DNA from: Thermoanaerobaculia bacterium
Lineage (GTDB): Bacteria > Acidobacteriota > Thermoanaerobaculia > Gp7-AA8
Assembly: GCA_036385045.1 (NCBI GenBank)
Contig: DASVLC010000138.1
Location: 2,566 to 66,565, forward strand
Length of the DNA stretch: 64,000 nt
Direction: 5' to 3'
Part shown: positions 55,089 to 64,000 of the stretch, piece by piece
Layout: every line of letters begins with the position of its first letter
Position numbering within the stretch: the first letter of the stretch is position 1
The notes under the pieces: generated by a model
Seen by the model: only the letters and a program-made list of their open reading frames with translations
The model's database searches: none
Told to the model about the DNA's origin: nothing
Position numbers and translations under genes: made by a program

Positions 55089-56196
55089 CGTTCACCGCAG
55101 GGCGATCATCGTCGATGGTCACTGCGATACCCCATACCGCCTTTACCGGCACAACGTGCACATTGACGAGCACGATACCGAGGCGCAGGCCGATCTCCGC
55201 AGTCTGCAGGAAGGCGGCATCACCGCCTCTTTTTTCGCCGCGTACGTACCTCCCGCATACGCAGGCCGTGGCGCCGCCGCCTTCGCACGCCGGTTGATCC
55301 GCCTGATCGGTGATGAGGCAGCACGCCGTCCCGACGCACTGGCCTTCTGCGACGACAGCGCCGGCATCCGAGCCGCCAAACGCGACGGGAAGATCGCACT
55401 CATGATCGGCGTCGAGGGAGGTCACGCCATCGAAGACTCGCTGGAGATCCTTCGCGAGCTCTACGACAGCGGTACCCGCTACATGACGCTCACACACGTG
55501 AACACAAACAACTGGTGCGACTCGTCGGGCGATGAGGGGCGTCATGCAGGGCTGACCGAGTTCGGCCGGGAAGTTGTCCGGACGATGAACGACATCGGAA
55601 TGATCGTCGATGTTTCCCACATCTCGGATGGAGCGTTCCGCCACGTCATCGAGACCAGCCGCGTGCCGGTCGTGGCAACGCACTCGTCGTGCCGCGCCCT
55701 CTGCGACCATCCGCGCAATCTCACCGACGACATGCTTCGGGAGCTCGCCGGAAACGGCGGCGTCTGCATGATCAACTTCTTCTCCGCCTTCATCAGCAAC
55801 GACGTCGCCCAGGTGATCAAGAAGGCTCAGCGCCGTCCGAAGGAGTCGAACGCAAACGGTCTGGGTGGGACCGAAGAGCTGCCCGACGACAGGACTGACT
55901 GGGACTCTTACCTTCACTGGTTCCAGGCACTCGGGTGTCCCACCGCCACGCTCGACCAGGTAGCCGACCATATCTTTCACGCAGCGGAAATCGCCGGGAT
56001 CGAGCATGTCGGAATCGGCAGCGACTTCGACGGGGTGCCTGCATTGCCCGACGGCCTCACCTCTGCCGCGACGCTTCCCGCCCTTACCGCGCGGCTGCTC
56101 CAGCGCGGGATGCGGGAGAACGAAGTCGAGATGGTGCTTGGCGGCAACTTCATGCGGGTGTTCGAAGCGGTGGAGCAGGGACGGAAGGCGCGCTGA
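55042..56196 (+). CDS. Dipeptidase, M19 (renal/membrane dipeptidase) family
   Basis: IIVDGHCDTPYRL, GVEGGHAIE, VSHISD, THSSCRAL. The only in-frame start (ATG 55042) overlaps the HAD gene by 47 nt. Confidence 0.85.
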   Translation: MNTSESGANKTAPVPDVHRRAIIVDGHCDTPYRLYRHNVHIDEHDTEAQADLRSLQEGGITASFFAAYVPPAYAGRGAAAFARRLIRLIGDEAARRPDALAFCDDSAGIRAAKRDGKIALMIGVEGGHAIEDSLEILRELYDSGTRYMTLTHVNTNNWCDSSGDEGRHAGLTEFGREVVRTMNDIGMIVDVSHISDGAFRHVIETSRVPVVATHSSCRALCDHPRNLTDDMLRELAGNGGVCMINFFSAFISNDVAQVIKKAQRRPKESNANGLGGTEELPDDRTDWDSYLHWFQALGCPTATLDQVADHIFHAAEIAGIEHVGIGSDFDGVPALPDGLTSAATLPALTARLLQRGMRENEVEMVLGGNFMRVFEAVEQGRKAR

Positions 56197-56223
56197 AGCG
56201 CCGGCCTGTCGTAGAATTCCTGC

Positions 56224-56622
56224 ATGCCGACTGAAGTCGAAATCCATCGTGAGCTCGCCCGGATTTTCTGGGACGGCAAGCCGGTCAACTGTCCGACCCA
56301 TCCGGGCGCCGTCCTGACCGGCAGCTTCGTGCAGACCACGTTCGCGGATCACATCCATCTCACCTGCCCGACCGGCCGGGAGACGATCTCGATTCCTCAG
56401 CGTCCGCGGCAGATGGAGTTCTACGACCAGCAGGTCGAAGGACTCGTCGAAAGTCTGCAGCGCGGCGATGCGATCCGCTGCTACCGCTGCCAGGCCAGCG
56501 TCGAGATCTCGGCGAAAGAGAATCGCGAAACAGGTATCACCGACTTTACCTTCACCTGCACCCGCTGTTTCTCCTGGGGACGCTGGGTCGGACGGCCTGA
56601 GCTCGCGAAAATCGGAAAGTGA
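56224..56622 (+). CDS. Hypothetical Cys-containing (zinc-ribbon-like) protein
   Basis: 132 aa with CP-x-H ... C-x2-C ... C-x2-C pattern (NCPTHPG, CYRCQ, CTRCFSW). ATGA overlap with the downstream ndh. Confidence 0.5.
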   Translation: MPTEVEIHRELARIFWDGKPVNCPTHPGAVLTGSFVQTTFADHIHLTCPTGRETISIPQRPRQMEFYDQQVEGLVESLQRGDAIRCYRCQASVEISAKENRETGITDFTFTCTRCFSWGRWVGRPELAKIGK

Positions 56623-57878
56623 TGTCAACGAAGCACGTCGTCATTGTCGGCGGGGGATTCGGCGGTCTCTACACCGCACGGGGCCTGAAAAATGCTAACG
56701 TCCGAATCACCCTCCTCGATCGTCACAACTATCATCTGTTCCAGCCGCTGCTCTATCAGGTGGCGAGTGCGGCTCTGAATCCGAGCGACATCGCGGCACC
56801 GATCCGCGCGATTCTGCGCCGGCAGAAGAACGTCTCCGTCCTCCTCGGCGAGGCCGTCGACGTCGATCCGGTGGCAAGGAAGGTGACGCTTCGCGACGGT
56901 GAGCTCTCCTACGACCTGCTCGTGATCGCTACCGGCGCGACGCATTCCTATTTCGGCCGTGACGACTGGGAGCAGTTCGCCCCCGGCCTCAAGACCATCG
57001 AGGACGCTCTCGAAATGCGCCGCCGGATACTCCTCGCCTTCGAGGCGGCGGAGAAAGAGACCGACCCGGAGCAGCAGAAAGCGTGGCTCACATTCGTCGT
57101 CGTCGGAGCCGGACCAACCGGAGTCGAGCTCGCCGGCGCGCTGTCTGAGATCGCCCGGCAGTCGCTCGTTCGCGACTTTCGCCGCATCCGTCCCGAGAGC
57201 GCGCGCGTCATACTGGTGGAAGGACAGGACCGCGTGCTCCCACCCTACCCCGCCGATCTCTCAGCCAAAGCGCAGAAGCAACTCGAGCAGCTCGGTGTCG
57301 AGGTCATCACGAACGCGATCGTCACCGACGTCGACGATCGCCAGGTTCGCATCGGAGACCGCACGATCCAGACGCGAACCATTCTCTGGAGTGCCGGTGT
57401 TCAGGGGTCGCCGCTTGCACACTGCCTCGGCGTTCCGCTCGATCGCGCCGGCCGCGTGCTCGTGGAACCCGACCTGACCGTTCCCGGCCATCGCGACATT
57501 TTCGTGATCGGAGATCTCGCGGCCGTCACGCGCAGTGACGGCTCGTTCATTCCCGGGGTGGCCACCGCCGCCATTCAGGAAGGTCAGCACACCGCGCGCA
57601 ACATAGAGCGCGCGGTCGAAGGACAGCCGCTCCGCCCATTTCGGTTTCGCGACAAGGGCTCACTCGCCACGATCGGTCGCGCGGCCGCCGTCGCCGACTT
57701 CGGCGGGTGGAAGAAGATGAGCGGCTTCCCGGCCTGGTTTGCCTGGCTCGCCATCCACATCTTCTTCCTGATCGGCTTCCGCAATCGCTTCCTCGTCATC
57801 ACGCAGTGGGCGTGGGCCTATCTCACTTACCAGCGAGGCGCACGGCTGATCACGGGACGGACGGAGGGGGAGAAGTAG
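56619..57878 (+). CDS. ndh: Type II NADH:quinone oxidoreductase (NDH-2) family FAD-dependent oxidoreductase
   Basis: VVIVGGGFGGL and VVVGAGPTGVELAG dinucleotide motifs. C-terminal membrane-anchoring helices. Confidence 0.9.
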   Translation: MMSTKHVVIVGGGFGGLYTARGLKNANVRITLLDRHNYHLFQPLLYQVASAALNPSDIAAPIRAILRRQKNVSVLLGEAVDVDPVARKVTLRDGELSYDLLVIATGATHSYFGRDDWEQFAPGLKTIEDALEMRRRILLAFEAAEKETDPEQQKAWLTFVVVGAGPTGVELAGALSEIARQSLVRDFRRIRPESARVILVEGQDRVLPPYPADLSAKAQKQLEQLGVEVITNAIVTDVDDRQVRIGDRTIQTRTILWSAGVQGSPLAHCLGVPLDRAGRVLVEPDLTVPGHRDIFVIGDLAAVTRSDGSFIPGVATAAIQEGQHTARNIERAVEGQPLRPFRFRDKGSLATIGRAAAVADFGGWKKMSGFPAWFAWLAIHIFFLIGFRNRFLVITQWAWAYLTYQRGARLITGRTEGEK

Positions 57879-57956
57879 ATTGTCCAAGACGCGAGGTTAG
57901 GCTCGGCGCTGCGGCGTCGTACTCGTTGGACCAGAGAGGGCGCCCAACGGACAAGC

Positions 57957-58160
57957 CTGTCATCCCGAGCTGGCGGCGCGCGGTCCGCGGCTCGTGCTTT
58001 TGCGGGGTTCCGTAGCGCAGGCGTCCTCGCCTGCCGTACCGCGGACGTCCTCGTCCGCAGGGGCGTCTCGCCCCCCGCACCCGCTGGACCGCCTGCAAGG
58101 GACCCCTCTCCGTCCTCCGCCCCTCCCACCCGGCCCGCCACCCACGGGGCTCCGGCGGCT
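57957..58160. repeat. Family C element (copy 3, degenerate right end) with a nested family A module at 58012-58075
   Basis: Starts CTGTCATCCCGAGC. Ends ...GCAAGGGACCCCTCTCCGTCCTCCGCCCCTCCCACC...CCACGGGGCTCCGGCGGCT. The interior holds GTAGCGCAGGCGTCCTCGCCTGCCGTACCGCGGACGTCCTCGTCCGCAGGGGCGTCTCGCCCC. Confidence 0.75.
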
Positions 58161-58191
58161 TGCAAGAAACTCCCAGTGTTTATGCGGGTTT

Positions 58192-58278
58192 CCCGAGCCC
58201 GGACCCGCGCCCGCGCCCGTGCCCGAGTCGCAATCCCGAAAAGCCGGGCCCGGGCTCGGGCGCGGGCTCGGGCTCGGG
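58192..58278. repeat. Imperfect palindrome of GCTCGGG/GCGCGGG-type short repeats
   Basis: CCCGAGCCCGGACCCGCGCCCGCGCCCGTGCCCGAG (58192-58227) versus CCCGGGCTCGGGCGCGGGCTCGGGCTCGGG (58249-58278). A related motif GAGCTCGGGCTCGGGCGCGGGTCGGG occurs at 31640-31666. Confidence 0.7.
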
Positions 58279-58328
58279 TTTCTCACCCTCAGTCGCGGCG
58301 CCGCCGCCGTCCTTGGCTCGGGGCTGCC

Positions 58329-59162
58329 TTACCGCAGCAGAATCTCCTCCATCAGATCGAGCCCTCGCTGGTCGCCGCTCTGGGCGAGCCAGAACATTGC
58401 GCGCTTCCGGACGGAGGCGCTTCGATGCGTCTTGACGAGATCGACGAGCATCGGAACCGACCGCTCGCGTGGCAACTGAGAGATCGCGAAGACGGCGTGT
58501 TGCCGGACCTTCTCGTCAGGGTCGTCGTCAACCGCCTGTCGCAGCGCACCCGCCGCTTTGACTCCTGCCTTCTGGCCGAGCCAGAAAATCGCGTGCTTCC
58601 GCGTCTCACTACTCTGATGCTCTCGTGCAAGCCGGATCAGTTCCGGCACGGTTCGCGGGTGATCGTGCAACGAGAGCGCAAATACCGACCTGCTGCCGTC
58701 ACCATCCCCCGCGTGTGCAATCAGGTAATCGAGGCTCGCCTCCGGTGTGACGTTTCGGATGAGATGAATCGCCTGGCCTTCGCCTGATACTTTGCACGTC
58801 GCATCGAAGACCGAGATCCTCCGAACGGCTCCCTGTTCGACCTGTGCCACGAGCAGCATCTCGGTCGTCAGGTGGTTCACCCGGTCACCGTCGCCGGTTG
58901 ATGTGTTGCGGTTTCCGTCGATCGAACACTCTCCGCAACATGAGCCGCCGCTCCAGCAACAGATCGATGTTGCGGTGGTTGGAACGATCCAGGCCAGCCA
59001 GGCGGCCTCGGCACGAGGAAGCGTCGCGATCACGGCGTTGATGGACCGTCCATCAGCTTCGATCTCGTTCACGCGTGCGTTCGTGAATGTCTGCGCAAAG
59101 AGCGGGATGGCGATGAAGAGAGTGATGACGAATCTGCAAATGTGCATGCTGTCCCTACTCAT
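58329..59162 (-). CDS. Secreted HEAT-repeat protein with Cys-rich N-terminal segment
   Basis: Signal peptide ICRFVITLFIAIPLFAQ (alternative start ATG at 59147). Cys cluster SICCWSGGSCCGEC. C-terminal HEAT repeats (ETRKHAIFWLGQ, DEKVRQHAVFAISQL, ASVRKRAMFWLAQ). Confidence 0.7.
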   Translation of the reverse strand: MSRDSMHICRFVITLFIAIPLFAQTFTNARVNEIEADGRSINAVIATLPRAEAAWLAWIVPTTATSICCWSGGSCCGECSIDGNRNTSTGDGDRVNHLTTEMLLVAQVEQGAVRRISVFDATCKVSGEGQAIHLIRNVTPEASLDYLIAHAGDGDGSRSVFALSLHDHPRTVPELIRLAREHQSSETRKHAIFWLGQKAGVKAAGALRQAVDDDPDEKVRQHAVFAISQLPRERSVPMLVDLVKTHRSASVRKRAMFWLAQSGDQRGLDLMEEILLR

Positions 59163-60384
59163 TCAGAACCTGCAGGAGATAGCCGAGCGCCTCGTCGTTA
59201 TTCATGACCGAGAGCTTCTTGATCGCACTCTGCCGGAGCGTGCGGTTGGTTTCCTTCTTCGAAAGGTCGATCAACGCACGTGCGTTGCCCTGGAGGAAGA
59301 GTCCATGAATCACCGCTTCTTTCACTTCGGCATTCGACTCGCTCGCGTAAAGCGACTGCAGCAGCGTGCCGCTCTTGTCGCCCATCAGACCGAGTCGCTG
59401 GATCGCCTTCTTGCGCAGCGCGAGGTCGGTCTCACCTCGGGCCAGCTGGCCGAGTTTGTCGACGTCACCGCTGAGAAACAGCGCGGTGATGATCTCCTCG
59501 CGCGTCTCACTCGACCGCTCTCCCGCGTACATCGCGGCGAGATCGTCTTTCGCTCCCATGATCCCGAGAGTACGGATGGCAGACCGCCGGATCGAGGAAT
59601 CGGGCTCGCTCTTTGCCGCGGCTAGCACGCGTGCCTTGTCGCCCGAAATCATGAAGGCGCGGAGAACCTCTTCCTTGATCGCGGGCGATCCAGCGGCGTA
59701 CATCTCCGACAGCGCCTGACGGTTCTGCTGACTTCCTGACATCCCGAGATAGCGGATCGCCTTCTTCTGCATGTCGGGGTTGCTCTTTCCTCGCGCCATG
59801 TCGGCGATGAGTGCCTGTGCCCGCGGAGAGCTCGACTGGCTGAGAATGAAGAGGGCCCGCTCTTTGATCTTTCCGGACGAGGAACCGTTCACGATCTTCT
59901 CGAGGATCGGGAATGCTTTCTCGGAGTCGGTGTGCATCAGCGAACTGATGGCGATCATCTTCAGGTCGTCGTCATCGACACTGCCCGGAGACACACTCTC
60001 GCCGCGAGCCTGACGTAGCTCAATTTCCAGCGCCGAAGCATCACGAAGCCAGCGGCTCTGAGGATGCGCCCGCCGAAGTCCCTCGATCGTCTGCAGCGCT
60101 TCGGCACGGCGGCCGAGCTTGTTGAGCGCGTACGCCGTCCAGTAGAGCGCTCCATCGGTTCGGCTCCCCTTCATCTCCGCGACGCGGGTGAAGTGGCGGA
60201 CTGCGGCATCCCACTTCCCATCGTCGATCGCGTCGGTGCCTTTCTCGTACTCGTCCGATTCGCGATCATCGCGTTCGGAAGCCTCGTCCCAGGCCGCGAG
60301 TGACGGATAGGCAAAGGCGACATTCGAAGCCCCGCCGAAGATGACAGCGATCAGAAAGACCGCGAAGGTATGTTTCCAGTTCAT
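59155..60384 (-). CDS. Secreted TPR/HEAT-repeat protein
   Basis: Signal peptide FAVFLIAVIFGGASNVAFA. TPR-like region YWTAYALNKLGRRAEAL. Then ~8 HEAT-like repeats (KIKERALFILSQS, MQKKAIRYLGMSG, SIRRSAIRTLGIMG, ALRKKAIQRLGLMG, TLRQSAIKKLSVM). Confidence 0.7.
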   Translation of the reverse strand: MNWKHTFAVFLIAVIFGGASNVAFAYPSLAAWDEASERDDRESDEYEKGTDAIDDGKWDAAVRHFTRVAEMKGSRTDGALYWTAYALNKLGRRAEALQTIEGLRRAHPQSRWLRDASALEIELRQARGESVSPGSVDDDDLKMIAISSLMHTDSEKAFPILEKIVNGSSSGKIKERALFILSQSSSPRAQALIADMARGKSNPDMQKKAIRYLGMSGSQQNRQALSEMYAAGSPAIKEEVLRAFMISGDKARVLAAAKSEPDSSIRRSAIRTLGIMGAKDDLAAMYAGERSSETREEIITALFLSGDVDKLGQLARGETDLALRKKAIQRLGLMGDKSGTLLQSLYASESNAEVKEAVIHGLFLQGNARALIDLSKKETNRTLRQSAIKKLSVMNNDEALGYLLQVLNE

Positions 60385-60395
60385 GGCATTCCTCG

Positions 60396-61154
60396 TCAGA
60401 TGTTAGGTTGGAGTGGTGGAGCGGGTGTCGCATCGACCCCCGCACGGACCACCCTGAGTTTGAAAACGAGACCCCTCGTCTCTACGCGCTTCTGGATGCC
60501 GCGCAGCTCATCCGCGGTCAGCGTCGAGGGGCCGTTGGCGAGTTGCATGAGGACCGGCTCGAGCTCGTCGAGAAGCGTGGCCACGCTATCCTCCCCACGT
60601 TCGCTCGCCGTCCTTCTGTAGATTCGATTGGATGCGAGCAGTTCTTCGACGCGCAGCTGCTCGGCCGTGATGTCGACGCCTCCGTTCGGCGTCATGTTGG
60701 TGAGCTCGACGAGTATCCGTTCCGAGCGTGCCATGTGGTCGCTGACGACGACCAGCAGAATGCGATCGCGTCCCGCGGCACCGTTTGCTTCAGCGTTCGC
60801 TGCCTCGCCGCTGCTCGCGGTTACGGCGCGATCCGGGGCTTCGCTCCGCTTCTTCCACAGCAGTCCGGACGTGAACGCGACAACGACCAGCGCGGCGGCG
60901 GCGCCCCACTTCATCCATACGGCTGCCGGACGCCGCTCGCGGCGCAGGCGCCAGTGAAGCCGGCGCCAGACCTGCGCCTCATAGCCGGCAGGCGGCTCCG
61001 GCACTTCAGCCGGAGTCACACGGTCGAGGACCATCGCGAGTCGTGCGAGCTCCCCTGCACATTCCTCACAACGTGCAACGTGCTCCTGAGCCCCCTCGGA
61101 GCCGGGGTCGGCGTAATAGCAGAGAACGAGTTCTTCCTGGCTTACATGATTCAT
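60396..61154 (-). CDS. Anti-sigma factor (zf-HC2 type, single TM)
   Basis: N-terminal H-x3-C-x2-C motif (QEHVARCEECAGEL). TM helix AAVWMKWGAAAALVVVAFTSGLLW. ATGA overlap with the upstream sigma gene. Confidence 0.75.
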   Translation of the reverse strand: MNHVSQEELVLCYYADPGSEGAQEHVARCEECAGELARLAMVLDRVTPAEVPEPPAGYEAQVWRRLHWRLRRERRPAAVWMKWGAAAALVVVAFTSGLLWKKRSEAPDRAVTASSGEAANAEANGAAGRDRILLVVVSDHMARSERILVELTNMTPNGGVDITAEQLRVEELLASNRIYRRTASERGEDSVATLLDELEPVLMQLANGPSTLTADELRGIQKRVETRGLVFKLRVVRAGVDATPAPPLQPNI

Positions 61155-61711
61155 ACGGGGGTTCCTGTGAAGGGCTGCAGTTGCTGCCGCAGCTTTCTGA
61201 CGGCCCGGAAAACGGTGTTCTTCGTGGCGTTCATCTGAGTCCCGAGGATCCCGCCGATCTCCTCGAGCGGCATCCCCTCGAAGTGACGAAGGACGAATGC
61301 CGTCCGTTCCTTGCCGGTGAGTGCATCAAGCGCCGTTTCGATCGCCCGCTGCAGCTCCGAACCGAGGGCTATGCGATCGGGCGAGGCGGCCCGCGAAGGA
61401 AGCTGTCCGAGATCCTCACCATCATCGATACGCCCTTCCCGTCTGCGGCGGGCGTCGATCAGATCGAGGGCGCAATTCACGACGATGCGGTGCAGCCACG
61501 TGGTGAACTGCGCCCTCGCATCGAATCGGGCCAGAGCACGGTAGGCGCGGAGAAACGACTCCTGCACGACATCGTCAGCATCGGCCGCATTGCCGGTGAT
61601 CCGGTAGGCGGCTCGATAGATGGTCCGGGAATGACGCTCGACCAGAAAGCGGAATGCGTCGTCATCACCGCCGCGGCTGCGCATCACCAGCTCGTAATCG
61701 CTCGTTTCCAT
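61151..61711 (-). CDS. ECF-type RNA polymerase sigma-70 family sigma factor
   Basis: Region 2 FRFLVERHSRTIYRAAYRITGNAADADDVVQESFLRAY. Region 4 LTGKERTAFVLRHFEGMPLEEIGGILGTQMNATKNTVFRAVRKLR. Confidence 0.9.
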   Translation of the reverse strand: METSDYELVMRSRGGDDDAFRFLVERHSRTIYRAAYRITGNAADADDVVQESFLRAYRALARFDARAQFTTWLHRIVVNCALDLIDARRRREGRIDDGEDLGQLPSRAASPDRIALGSELQRAIETALDALTGKERTAFVLRHFEGMPLEEIGGILGTQMNATKNTVFRAVRKLRQQLQPFTGTPV

Positions 61712-61984
61712 CCGAACTCGTTAGACGGTACGTTCCGTTACAGGTTAGTACGCGGTGATGAATCGGTGGTTCTCGGGACCGTTCGGGGGTCGCGCGGCCC
61801 GCGCGATCCCCGCAGGCCGCTGGCCGGCGGCGGGCTTTGCATGTGCGGACGACCCACAAGCACGTCGACTCCCCGGGAGAACCGCCCATCACAGGGTCGT
61901 CGACCTTCTCCTGAGCGCGACCGATGGCGAGACGCCATCGGCGATCGCGCGAGCCGCGCGACCCCCAAGGCGCACCGGGATCCC

Positions 61985-63241
61985 TTACCGGATCGTCCGG
62001 ATGGCTTTCTCGTCCAGCGGAACACCGGCGATGACGCCGTCGAGACGGCGCCGCGTGTCAGGTACCTTCTTCATGTACTTCTGCGTCTCGGGGAGGCTGC
62101 GAATCAGGCCGGCGAGCATCCGCTTCACGTTGTGTGACCCGCCGTTGTACAGCGCGGCCGTCCAGGCCTCGATCTCCCGCTCGGTCGATGCGTAGGCTTT
62201 CGCTTCCACCGACTTCCGATCGAGATGCTGCACGAGAAAGCGCGACATGCTCTTGGCCGAGAAGCGGTCGTCCAGGTGCTCACCCAGGTACTCGCTCGCC
62301 TCATACGCGAGAGTCCTCTTCACCGTCTTGTGATCTTTGCGGAAGTGGGACTCCAGCATCCGGTCGCGCTTTGCGATGAGCTCCTTCTGATAGCGAACCC
62401 ACGACACACTCTGCTGTTGCCGGTGCTCGCGGTACTCGAGGCGGATCTCGTCGCGGAACATACGAAGCTGGTCGCGGGAACCGTGATCGAGCAAAGGGGT
62501 CAGCCGGTCCAGAACCGCCTCGTTGTGCTTGTCCATCCGTTCGATCCGCTCGAAGTAAGCAGGCGTAGCGAACGGAGCGAGCAGCTGAAGCTCGTCGATC
62601 CCTTCACGGCGTAACTCCTTCGCCGCCTTCAGAAGGCGTTTCGCACGCCGTCTCGTCTCCGCTGTGTCGCTCGCAACCACGACCGAGGCGATCATGTCTG
62701 CATCGCCCAGCGGCTTCTTCATGATGTAAGAGCGTGAACCGATCAGATAGTCATCGGTAACGAAGATCTTCCCGGTAAAGCCTTCCTGCATGTAGGCCAC
62801 AGGCGTCGCCTGTGCGAGCCCAACCGCCCCCGCCTCGGAGACGTCGAGAATCTTGCCATTCGTCTCCGCATGCGCGATCGCCAGCAGAAGCGTGACCGAA
62901 GGCGAGCTCGGATTCGACCGGGACGCATCGTCGATTGCCACCACCAGCTCTTCCGGATTGCGGGTCCACATCTGGCCCATCGCATGCGCCAGCGCCTTGA
63001 TCCGCGCATCGGTCTGCTGCTGACTCGCCTTGATGAGCGTCGGAACTGCACTCGAAGGCTCCGCCGGTGGAATCGGGGGCTCAGGATTAAAGACGGGCCT
63101 GGGAGCCGGCCTGTGGGGAGGTTTGAGGATCGAAGCCTGCTGAAGATCCGTGTCCGTCAGCGGCATTCGCCACGCTGCAAAGGCGAGCGCACCGAGCATG
63201 ATTCCGAGAACTGCCGACGACCACCAGGGATTGGTCCGCAT
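61985..63241 (-). CDS. Lytic transglycosylase (SLT) domain-containing protein
   Basis: N-terminal TM/signal helix WWSSAVLGIMLGALAFAAW. SLT-like catalytic motif LLLAIAHAETNG...AGAVGLAQATP. Long helical C-terminal region. Confidence 0.6.
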   Translation of the reverse strand: MRTNPWWSSAVLGIMLGALAFAAWRMPLTDTDLQQASILKPPHRPAPRPVFNPEPPIPPAEPSSAVPTLIKASQQQTDARIKALAHAMGQMWTRNPEELVVAIDDASRSNPSSPSVTLLLAIAHAETNGKILDVSEAGAVGLAQATPVAYMQEGFTGKIFVTDDYLIGSRSYIMKKPLGDADMIASVVVASDTAETRRRAKRLLKAAKELRREGIDELQLLAPFATPAYFERIERMDKHNEAVLDRLTPLLDHGSRDQLRMFRDEIRLEYREHRQQQSVSWVRYQKELIAKRDRMLESHFRKDHKTVKRTLAYEASEYLGEHLDDRFSAKSMSRFLVQHLDRKSVEAKAYASTEREIEAWTAALYNGGSHNVKRMLAGLIRSLPETQKYMKKVPDTRRRLDGVIAGVPLDEKAIRTIR

Positions 63242-63367
63242 GAGTTATTGAACGTGAGAGTAACACGGACATTCCTCTCCCCTATCGTTCGTTCAGGTCA
63301 AATTTCTGCGTCAGATCACGCAGCGACTCTCCACACACGCGGATACACTGGGCCGAATCTTTCGCCG

Positions 63368-64000
63368 ATGCGCAGAACGAAGACAGTAGCCGCCCCGCCA
63401 GAGGGTGAACGACGGCTCAAGACACTCGAGCGTGTGCTCTCGAAGGCGGGAATCGGCTCCCGCACCGAGGCGCGTCGCTGGGTCGGCGAGGGCCGGGTGA
63501 AAGTCAACGGCCGGGTCGAGGGAGATCCGAACCGCTGGATCGATCTCGACAGGGATCGTGTCTCGTTCGACGACCGTCCGGTCGAGAGCGCGGACCGCGT
63601 CTACCTCCTACTGTACAAACCGAAGGGATACCTCACCACGTACCGAGACCCCGAGGGTCGCAAGACCATTTACGACCTGCTCCCGGAGAACGCCGGTTAT
63701 CTGTTTCCGGTCGGCCGGCTCGATCTCGAGACCAGCGGGCTGCTGATCCTCACCAACGACACCGCCTTCGCGGAGCGGCTGACGAATCCTGCGTATCACA
63801 TCCCGAAGACCTATCTCGTCCACGCCTCGAAGCAGCTGAGCGACGAGGAGCTCGAGCGGTTGCGGAATGGTCTCGAGTTGAAGGACGGTCCGACGCGTCC
63901 CGCCGTCGTGCAGCGTCTGCGTGAACGCGGAGGCAGGACCGTCTTCGAGATCACGATCACCGAGGGGAGGAATCGTCAGGTTCGTCGGATGGTCGAGGCG
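63368..64000 (+). CDS. Pseudouridine synthase, RsuA/RluB family (S4 domain plus catalytic domain), 3' end beyond window
   Basis: ATG at 63368 with the frame open to the window end; absent from the ORF track. S4-like LERVLSKAGIGSRTEARRWVGEGRVKVNG. Catalytic motif GRLDLETSGLLILTND. EGRNRQVRRM. Confidence 0.85.
   Translation, partial: MRRTKTVAAPPEGERRLKTLERVLSKAGIGSRTEARRWVGEGRVKVNGRVEGDPNRWIDLDRDRVSFDDRPVESADRVYLLLYKPKGYLTTYRDPEGRKTIYDLLPENAGYLFPVGRLDLETSGLLILTNDTAFAERLTNPAYHIPKTYLVHASKQLSDEELERLRNGLELKDGPTRPAVVQRLRERGGRTVFEITITEGRNRQVRRMVEA

Noticed and set aside
55051-56628. 525-aa minus-strand ORF
   Set aside because: It is antisense to the M19 dipeptidase and the following gene. Its composition (Arg/Gly/Val-rich) is typical of a shadow frame.
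1-64000. rRNA, tRNA, tmRNA, transposase, integrase, phage or known defence genes
   Set aside because: By-eye inspection of intergenic regions and all ORFs over 60 aa found none. Small structured RNAs cannot be excluded without covariance-model scans.

Overview
GC-rich bacterial chromosomal segment. The domain architectures suggest Acidobacteriota or a related soil phylum: a TonB receptor with a carboxypeptidase-regulatory-like N-terminus, a Ser/Thr kinase fused to a TolB-like propeller, and an ECF sigma/anti-sigma/HEAT module. This placement is inference only. About 50 tightly packed protein-coding genes fall into four groups. (1) Core metabolism: pyk, carA, methylmalonyl-CoA mutase catalytic subunit, acyl-CoA dehydrogenase, trans-sulfuration PLP enzyme, agmatinase-family enzyme, NDH-2. 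(2) RNA maintenance: cca, rsmD-phoH-ybeY, pseudouridine synthase. (3) Envelope and transport: partial secretin, MacAB-like pump, LolCE-type permease, TonB receptor, M14/M19/M50 peptidases. (4) Second-messenger signalling: one cNMP-binding protein, two PilZ-type proteins, a PAS-GAF-PAS-GGDEF-EAL protein and a GAF-GGDEF protein. Two partial genes missing from the ORF track were found by hand: a secretin at the left edge and a pseudouridine synthase at the right edge. I saw no rRNA, tRNA, CRISPR array, transposase, integrase, phage genes or recognisable defence island. The unusual part is the non-coding fraction. Almost every intergenic gap longer than about 150 bp is filled with GC-rich palindromic repeats. 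These belong to several families (called A-D here, plus others) that recur across the window and are nested inside each other. One 232-bp element has perfect 20-bp terminal inverted repeats and an 11-bp target-site-duplication-like flank. There is also an AT-rich heptamer satellite between two convergent genes. I did not find a clear-cut novel multi-gene system. The best protein-level candidate is the tightly coupled operon of transporter-HEAT fusion, stand-alone cNMP-binding protein and secretin at 1-4164. Second is a frameshifted nucleotidyltransferase with a small upstream partner at 18650-19448. All family names come from motif recognition by eye, and no database search was run.
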